DNA of 64,000 nucleotides from a bacterium UBP8_UBA817 (GTDB lineage Bacteria; Margulisbacteria; Marinamargulisbacteria; SXXA01; SICP01): NCBI GenBank assembly GCA_945888435.1, contig CAMCZW010000007.1, positions 12,700 to 76,699 of the forward strand, read 5' to 3'. Shown piece by piece: positions 58,068 to 64,000 of this stretch (position 1 is its first letter; each line of letters starts with the position of its first letter). The notes under the pieces were generated by a model. It saw only the letters and a program-made list of their open reading frames with translations, ran no database searches and was not told where the DNA came from. The position numbers and the translations under genes were made by a program.

Positions 58068-59348
58068 ATGACGAACCGCAGACTACCAAGGAGCGGAGGC
58101 TTCGGCCGAAGCGGTGTAGTTAAGGTGAGTACTTTGGCCGCATCACAACATTTGGCAACGGTCCGGAAGCCTGAGCTTTTGGCACCCGCCGGAAATATTG
58201 AAAAACTTAAAATCGCATTTCAACATGGGGCCGATGCCTGCTATGTGGGGGGCACCGTATTTGGACTACGCAAATTTGCCGATAATTTTAGCGATAGTGA
58301 GCTTCAAAATGCCGTCGATTATGCCAACGAAAATGGCAAAAAAGTCTATGTCGTCCTCAACGGATATGCCCACAATAGCGATATTGAGTCACTTGCACCT
58401 CACTTAGAGATTTTAGAGAAAATTAAACCCCATGGATTTATCATCTCAGACATGGGCGTCATGCAATTGGCCAAAAAAATGACCACTGTTGATCTCCACA
58501 CTTCTACTCAAGCTAGTGTCACCAACTTATACGGATGCAAACTATGGAAAAACGCCGGTGCAAAACGAGTCATTTTAGCCCGAGAAGTCAGCATTGAAGA
58601 CTGTAAAAAAATTAAAGAAGTTTTGGATATTGAGCTTGAAGTCTTCGTCCATGGCGCAATGTGTGCCAGCTATTCAGGTAAATGTGTCATCTCCAACTAC
58701 ACCGCAGGGAGGGACTCTAACCGAGGCGGATGCATCCAAAGTTGTAGACATAAATACGATATCATCCCCACCAATCCCCAAGAAGGCCCTACAGTCACAT
58801 CTCATATCATGAATGCGAAGGACTTAATGGGAGTCTCCCTTATTCCACAATTAGTAGAGTCCGGGATTGAATCCCTCAAAATCGAAGGCCGCATGAAATC
58901 AAACCTCTATGTCGCAAACGCCGTCTCAACTTACAGGGCCGCCATCGACGACTACTGCGATAATCGCCAAACCTCATTTACTGAGTACGAAAACGAGCTC
59001 AAAAAAGTATCCAATCGCCATTTTTCAACCGGTGGATTAGACCATATGCCCGGGACAGAAAGTATTTACTATGACTCCGCCGAGGGGACTAAAGGCGTAG
59101 ATCTTATTGGCACCGTTAAGGCCGTCCAAGGTAATCAAGTCATTGCCGAAATCAAAGTACCCTTCTATAAAGACGATCTCATCGAATTTGTCAGCCAATC
59201 AGGAAACCGCTATCAAGACCGCCTCATTTCCATGAAAAACATGTCCGGAATTCCCATCGAAAAAACCGGCCAAAATTGTCTCATTCAATTTGAAACCACA
59301 CTGCCAATTACGGAATTCGACATTATAAGGAAGCCAATCGCGATATGA
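58068..59348 (+). CDS. peptidase U32 family protein (YegQ/RlhA/UbiU-like, Fe-S cysteine motif present)
   Basis: ELLAPAGNIEKLKIAFQHGADACYVGG and Cys cluster CASYSGKCVISNYTAGRDSNRGGCIQSC. The ATG at 58068 has SD AGGTGG 6 nt upstream; the track start is at 58050. Confidence 0.75.
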   Translation: MTNRRLPRSGGFGRSGVVKVSTLAASQHLATVRKPELLAPAGNIEKLKIAFQHGADACYVGGTVFGLRKFADNFSDSELQNAVDYANENGKKVYVVLNGYAHNSDIESLAPHLEILEKIKPHGFIISDMGVMQLAKKMTTVDLHTSTQASVTNLYGCKLWKNAGAKRVILAREVSIEDCKKIKEVLDIELEVFVHGAMCASYSGKCVISNYTAGRDSNRGGCIQSCRHKYDIIPTNPQEGPTVTSHIMNAKDLMGVSLIPQLVESGIESLKIEGRMKSNLYVANAVSTYRAAIDDYCDNRQTSFTEYENELKKVSNRHFSTGGLDHMPGTESIYYDSAEGTKGVDLIGTVKAVQGNQVIAEIKVPFYKDDLIEFVSQSGNRYQDRLISMKNMSGIPIEKTGQNCLIQFETTLPITEFDIIRKPIAI

Positions 59349-60613
59349 AATTATCAACGCTAAAATTAATCACTTATGCAAGCACCATAGACCAAGTTAA
59401 ATCATCACTTGAAGCTGGCGCTAATCATCTCATTTTAGAAGACTCAAAATTATCACTAAGACCCTTCCACGATGACTTCCAAACCTCAGATTTCACAAAG
59501 ATCACCCTACTCGCTAACCACGCAAGATCGCTATCCCCAGGCTGCGAACTCTCCTTTAACCTGGACATCCTCCCTCACAATCATCACCTCCCCCTCATTC
59601 ACCAACTCGCCCAGGAATTAGATAAAGCATTCATCACCACTGTTCGCGTTCAGGACCCCGGATTAGCCGAATGGTTTAAAGAGCATGCCCCCCACATCAC
59701 GCTCATTTTAAATTGCGAAACCGGCAACCAAAACACCGAAAGTATTCGCTATTATCAAGACCATTTCAAAGCCCAAGTCTTCGTCAACGACATCCCCAAT
59801 AAAGACATGCAAAAAATCATCACCGAACTTGCAAGCTCCGCTCAATTCGAGCTCCAGGTTCAAGGCCCCATCCTCATCCAAAATTCTCCCCGGCCCTTCC
59901 TTAGTGGACTTACCAATCCACATACGGATTCAACTACCGTTGTTCGCAGTCAGGACCACGAGTATCCAGGTAGATATTTCACGTTCTACCAAAATCCCCA
60001 TGGACATCTTATGTATGCCTATTTTGACAAAAGCCTTCTCAAAAATATTCCGGATTTAGTCGCTCTCAATTTAAGTGGCTGGATTATCGACGGCCGTGGC
60101 TACCCAGACACCTATACTTCAACCTGCCTAAAACTCTATCGCGCACTCACCAATCGCTACATCCAAAATCCAGATACGTATGAAATCACATCCGATGAAA
60201 TTAAAAAGTTAGACGAAGTCGCAACCCTCCCTCAAAAACCAGGCTTTTTCAAAATCAACCAAACTGATCAAGATCGGATCAAAAAATCCAAAGCGGCTCA
60301 TTCTGAAACCAAAGTCGGCATCGTAGTGGACTCCATCAAAGGAGAATGGATTTCGATCCAGGTTACCCACCCATTTTCTCCACAAGACACCCTCGCCATT
60401 ATGACTCCGGAAGGGAAACGATATCCATTATCTATTGAAGAAATGTATTCCATATGGAACACCCCTCTCTCGATAACAGACACTCTTTCTCCTCAAAAAA
60501 ATGCCCTAATCAAGTTGAAGTGGCAAAAAGGGGGTCAGGTAAAATCGGCTCTCATAAAATATTCTGAAATTATTGAGACTCAATCGCCGATAACTGCGGG
60601 GAGCAAAAAATGA
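59345..60613 (+). CDS. U32-like paralog lacking the cysteine cluster (degenerate partner, UbiV-position)
   Basis: N-terminus LKLITYASTIDQVKSSLEAGANHLILED parallels the U32 N-terminal barrel. No Cys motif. Overlaps the upstream gene by 4 nt (ATGA). Confidence 0.4.
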   Translation: MKLSTLKLITYASTIDQVKSSLEAGANHLILEDSKLSLRPFHDDFQTSDFTKITLLANHARSLSPGCELSFNLDILPHNHHLPLIHQLAQELDKAFITTVRVQDPGLAEWFKEHAPHITLILNCETGNQNTESIRYYQDHFKAQVFVNDIPNKDMQKIITELASSAQFELQVQGPILIQNSPRPFLSGLTNPHTDSTTVVRSQDHEYPGRYFTFYQNPHGHLMYAYFDKSLLKNIPDLVALNLSGWIIDGRGYPDTYTSTCLKLYRALTNRYIQNPDTYEITSDEIKKLDEVATLPQKPGFFKINQTDQDRIKKSKAAHSETKVGIVVDSIKGEWISIQVTHPFSPQDTLAIMTPEGKRYPLSIEEMYSIWNTPLSITDTLSPQKNALIKLKWQKGGQVKSALIKYSEIIETQSPITAGSKK

Positions 60614-61179
60614 AAACAACATCCAAATCACTATTTATCTTCATCGGATTAGTTTTATTTGGCCAGAGCATCCAGGCTCTTACAGCCGTCTCTCCCATTG
60701 CGTACAATCGCAAATCGTTAATCGCCCCCCCCAACTCTCAAGAATCAAGCATTGGCGAGACCTCAAACCTATTACTCTTAAATATGCTATACGATATTAA
60801 AGTTGATGGCGGACAAGGCGCAGGCCAACTTTCTAGTATCGACCCTCAATTAACGACTCAAGAAACTCAACAAAGCAAACTCGCAAGCACTCCCTTGTTT
60901 TACCCAACCCCTTTTCATTTAAGAGAAGGAAGTCAGTTAGGATACAAACTCACTGGAAACTACGATATCGAACTAAGAATCTATAGCATGCATGGCTACG
61001 AACTTTACCAAGTAAGTTACCCAGCCGGTATCCCTGGAAAAACCACCTCTACGTCTTACAACACCATTGCAATCGGAACCAACGAATTAGGATCAACACT
61101 ACCCTCCGGTATTTATTTCTTTGTCCTCATGAGCGAAGGCAATGTCATCGGAAAAGGCAAATTTGCATTAAAATCATGA
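60610..61179 (+). CDS. secreted protein (signal peptide) with C-terminal beta-sandwich sorting/Ig-like motif (FlgD-Ig / T9SS-CTD-like)
   Basis: Signal peptide MKTTSKSLFIFIGLVLFGQSIQA|L. C-terminus YDIELRIYSMHGYELYQV...LPSGIYFFVLMSEGNVIGKGKFALKS. Confidence 0.45.
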   Translation: MKTTSKSLFIFIGLVLFGQSIQALTAVSPIAYNRKSLIAPPNSQESSIGETSNLLLLNMLYDIKVDGGQGAGQLSSIDPQLTTQETQQSKLASTPLFYPTPFHLREGSQLGYKLTGNYDIELRIYSMHGYELYQVSYPAGIPGKTTSTSYNTIAIGTNELGSTLPSGIYFFVLMSEGNVIGKGKFALKS

Positions 61180-62087
61180 AAAAATTAATCGGCTATTTTA
61201 TTGGTGCACTTCTGTTAGTAACCACAGCACCTGCGGTTGCAAACGAGTTTCAATTAGCCACCGACATTGGGGCCAATGCACGACAAATCGCCATGGGAAC
61301 CATCGACGGATTTAGCAAAGATTCAACCGCAATTTTTGAAAATCCGGCAGGTCTTTATCACATCAAATCAAAATCAGCCTCGTTTTTTACGGCTACTTAT
61401 CTCAACGAAGTCGACTACAACAATATGTCCTTCGCCAAAAAAACCCGCTTTGGGACATTCGGCTTAGGCTTAATGAAAGTCAGTATTTCAGACAACCCAG
61501 TGACTGGTGTCGATAATGCTGGAGAACATGTACTCGTCGATAGTTTCACATTTAACAACTGGGTTCTCAAAACCAGCTACGAGAAATCCATCCGCCCCAA
61601 TATTCACTGGGGAGTTTCATTTAATACATATGGTCAAACTTTAGATGACACTAGTGGATACGGACATAACTTTGATACCGGCGTCATTATCATCGAAGGC
61701 AAAAACACCATCTCACTTGCAGTCAAAAATTTATCCATCAACCAAAACATCACATTTAGCGATGGCTCAAAAGAACAGTTAACCACTCAGTACGTTGCCG
61801 GCATCAAACATGATTTAAATACAGAATGGTCTCTCTACGGACAATACAAATTTAAAGAAGAAAACAGTCTCTTTTCGGCGGCAGTAAGCTATACTCCTTA
61901 CTTCGCTCCTTATTGTGAATTATTGGCAGGGTACAAACAAGTCTCTATTGGGAACATAGAGAAAGACACCACAACACTTGGGTTTTCACTCGACTTAAAT
62001 ACATTTAAAGTGGCATATTGTTATGAAAAGAGTGAACATATCAGTCATAACAGTACAAATTATTTTTCCGTAGCAATCGATTTCTAA
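61176..62087 (+). CDS. outer-membrane beta-barrel protein (signal peptide, C-terminal Phe)
   Basis: Signal peptide MKKLIGYFIGALLLVTTAPAVA|NEF, alternating amphipathic strands, and terminal ...YFSVAIDF. Confidence 0.5.
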   Translation: MKKLIGYFIGALLLVTTAPAVANEFQLATDIGANARQIAMGTIDGFSKDSTAIFENPAGLYHIKSKSASFFTATYLNEVDYNNMSFAKKTRFGTFGLGLMKVSISDNPVTGVDNAGEHVLVDSFTFNNWVLKTSYEKSIRPNIHWGVSFNTYGQTLDDTSGYGHNFDTGVIIIEGKNTISLAVKNLSINQNITFSDGSKEQLTTQYVAGIKHDLNTEWSLYGQYKFKEENSLFSAAVSYTPYFAPYCELLAGYKQVSIGNIEKDTTTLGFSLDLNTFKVAYCYEKSEHISHNSTNYFSVAIDF

Positions 62088-62102
62088 AAAAGAAGGGAAC
62101 TT

Positions 62103-63461
62103 ATGCTAAAGAATCTATTTAAAGTACTGATTACAGTACTACTTCTCGCATCTCAATTAGTGGCCAATTCCTTTATTGAATTTGAGTCCACGCTAAGCCA
62201 TTCCAAACTTGGCCTCCTCAAAGGCGAAAAAGAAGTCACTTTTAGACTATATTCAGGCACATCCACCACAGCAATATGGACAGAAACCCAAATCATTACC
62301 TTTATTGACGGTAAAATGTCCGCCCAAATTGGTAACGCCGTCGAAAACCCCCTCCTCCCAACCCACCTCAGCAACGACACCCTATTTATCGGAATCGAAG
62401 TTGACAGCGAAGAAGTCAAACTCCCATTATCCTATCTTCCTCTCGCCATCAAAGCAAAAACCGCCGACAGCATCGAGTGGTCCAATATCCCAACCAAACC
62501 TTCCCTCAACGACCTCTCCGGCAGTCTATCCGCCTCAAAAGTCGCCTTATCTTCTCCCCTCCAAGTTAAAAACAACAGCATCACCCTAGTCGACGGCACC
62601 CAGGGACCCAAAGGCGATACTGGCTTAACTGGAGCCATTGGCGCAACTGGTACTAACGGTGCAACTTGGCTATCTGGAAATACCCCTCCAAACAATAATG
62701 ACGGTACAAATGGAGACTTTTATCTCGATACAGTCACTCATAAAGTCTATAAAAAAGTAACCAATGCATGGAGAGAAGTAACTGATTTATTAGGCACTAT
62801 CGATGCCACCCCTCTTATTTTTAGAGCAAATAACTTGAATGCCCTCCAAATAATTCCAAATACAATAGATACAAATCAAGCCCCAAATATCATTATGGGG
62901 TTTGGAAACAACAGCATTACAGGCATACGAGGCAGTACGATTGGTGGTGGAGGTAGTAATAACAATTTAAACTCTATTACTGGAGAATATGCCACCATTA
63001 GCGGCGGCAAAAAAAACGTCAGCTTTGATTTTGGAACCATCCCAGGTGGATTTAGCAACGTAGCCGCGGCTAACAGCTTTGCCGCAGGGACTACCGCAGA
63101 AGCAACTCAAAGCAATGCATTTGTATGGTCGGATGGAAGGGCTAAAACAATAAGCCCAACCACCAAAACCTTTACAGCAAGAGCAGATAATGGCGTCACC
63201 TACGAATGGATAGATCCCAAAGCTCATGGCAACATGACTGGTTCTCAAATGGGATTTATTGCCCAAGATATCGAGAAGGTATTACCGCAATGGGTCCTAA
63301 ATAGCGGTAAAAGCGATGAGTACCTGATGATTCATCCCGTAGGTATTGACGCTCTCATCATTGAATCGATCAAAACACTCGAAAAACAAAATAACCAAAT
63401 GACCGAAGAAAATAGAGAATTAAGAGAGCGACTAGAAAAATTAGAAAATAAAATGAAATAA
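62103..63461 (+). CDS. secreted collagen-like fibre protein with C-terminal S74-type intramolecular chaperone / self-cleavage domain
   Basis: Signal peptide. Seven G-X-Y triplets GPKGDTGLTGAIGATGTNGAT. SDxRxK autoprocessing motif (WSDGRAKTI), then GFIAQDIEKVLPQWV and a terminal coiled-coil, as in phage tail-spike chaperone domains. Confidence 0.7.
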   Translation: MLKNLFKVLITVLLLASQLVANSFIEFESTLSHSKLGLLKGEKEVTFRLYSGTSTTAIWTETQIITFIDGKMSAQIGNAVENPLLPTHLSNDTLFIGIEVDSEEVKLPLSYLPLAIKAKTADSIEWSNIPTKPSLNDLSGSLSASKVALSSPLQVKNNSITLVDGTQGPKGDTGLTGAIGATGTNGATWLSGNTPPNNNDGTNGDFYLDTVTHKVYKKVTNAWREVTDLLGTIDATPLIFRANNLNALQIIPNTIDTNQAPNIIMGFGNNSITGIRGSTIGGGGSNNNLNSITGEYATISGGKKNVSFDFGTIPGGFSNVAAANSFAAGTTAEATQSNAFVWSDGRAKTISPTTKTFTARADNGVTYEWIDPKAHGNMTGSQMGFIAQDIEKVLPQWVLNSGKSDEYLMIHPVGIDALIIESIKTLEKQNNQMTEENRELRERLEKLENKMK

Positions 63462-63489
63462 TTAATGGTCTAAAGTCGATAACAAAACA

Positions 63490-64000
63490 ATGATGAAAAA
63501 ATATTTACTAATAATACTAATTTTAACCTTACTTGCCGCCAACTTAGCGGCAGCATCCTTTATTGAATTTGAAACCACTTTAAGCCATTCTAAAAATGGG
63601 CTTCTTCGTGGAGAGAAGTCTGTCGTATTTAGCCTCTATAAAGGCACAGAAACTTCACCCGCAGTTTGGTCCGAAACTCAAACTGTCACATTTATCGACG
63701 GCAAATTATCCGTCCAACTCGGTAACGCAGCTGAAAATCAACTCCTCCCCTCCTACCTCGAGTCAGACTCAGTATGGATCGGAATCCAAGTCGACAACGA
63801 AGAGGTCAAACTTCCACTATCTTATGTCCCCTTCGCCATCAAAGCCAAAAGCGCAGACATCGCCAACAGCATCGACTGGACCAATGTCCAAAATAAACCC
63901 AGCATAACCTCTCCACTCCAAGTCAGAAACAATACCATCACACTCATCGATGGAACCGAAGCCAACCAAGTCCTCAAATGGACAGGAAGCACATGGGAAG
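63490..64000 (+). CDS. partial ORF (3' end cut by window): paralog of the collagen-like/S74 fibre protein
   Basis: MMKKYLLIILILTLLAANLAAASFIEFETTLSHSKNGLLRGEKSVVFSLYKGTETSPAVWSETQTVTFIDGKLSVQLGNA... is about 60% identical to the N-terminus of the upstream gene. The frame is open to the window end. Confidence 0.6.
   Translation, partial: MMKKYLLIILILTLLAANLAAASFIEFETTLSHSKNGLLRGEKSVVFSLYKGTETSPAVWSETQTVTFIDGKLSVQLGNAAENQLLPSYLESDSVWIGIQVDNEEVKLPLSYVPFAIKAKSADIANSIDWTNVQNKPSITSPLQVRNNTITLIDGTEANQVLKWTGSTWE

Noticed and set aside
60610-61179. Calling the 189-aa protein a bona fide T9SS substrate
   Set aside because: The C-terminal pattern also fits generic FlgD-Ig/beta-sandwich domains. No T9SS components are visible and the genomic context is not Bacteroidota-like. 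Kept as CTD/Ig-like only.
63596-63907. Track ORF 63596-63907 (+)
   Set aside because: It is out of frame with the signal-peptide-bearing paralog ORF that starts at 63490 and matches the upstream fibre gene. Alternative-frame artefact.
1-64000. CRISPR arrays, rRNA, tRNA
   Set aside because: No regularly spaced direct repeats and no rRNA/tRNA-like conserved blocks seen in any intergenic region.

Overview
This 64 kb window looks like chromosome from a host-associated bacterium, probably an environmental Chlamydia-like or PVC-group endosymbiont, with roughly 45% GC. This is inferred from gene content only: PPi-dependent PFK, MreB with no FtsZ in view, an NtrB/NtrC-type two-component pair, T2SS pseudopilins, and several eukaryote-type domains.

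Housekeeping genes run through the window:
- menaquinone genes menD, menF and ubiE/menG next to PPi-PFK;
- a ResA/TlpA-like thioredoxin and a partial ResB-like ORF;
- panE, a gamma-carbonic-anhydrase-like protein, and GlnE;
- mreB with an adjacent SPOR-domain protein;
- pheS-pheT-mutS-rmlC-aspS;
- a carA-purF-carB operon;
- fabI, an MTHFR-like gene and priA;
- a pair of U32-family proteins.

Interspersed with these are accessory, effector-like loci:
- a 1579-aa chimeric protein with a proline-rich tandem-repeat region, a USP-type (C19) deubiquitinase domain and a classical protein tyrosine phosphatase domain;
- a 1096-aa orphan protein next to an LRR protein;
- two tandem paralogous HExxH...ExxAD metalloprotease-like proteins;
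- an LMF1-like membrane protein;
- a small toxin-antitoxin islet (HEPN/MNT pair, VapBC pair with an operator palindrome, and an AAA-ATPase gene remnant);
- an Rpn/PD-(D/E)XK transposase-like nuclease;
- a terminal locus of secreted proteins: a CTD/Ig-like protein, a beta-barrel OMP, and two collagen-like fibre paralogs with a C-terminal S74 self-cleaving chaperone domain.

Three copies of a MITE/REP-like hairpin-rich repeat family sit in intergenic regions. One copy has 42-bp perfect terminal inverted repeats.

No rRNA, tRNA or CRISPR was found. The ORF track uses GTG/TTG as well as ATG starts, so several starts were re-evaluated.
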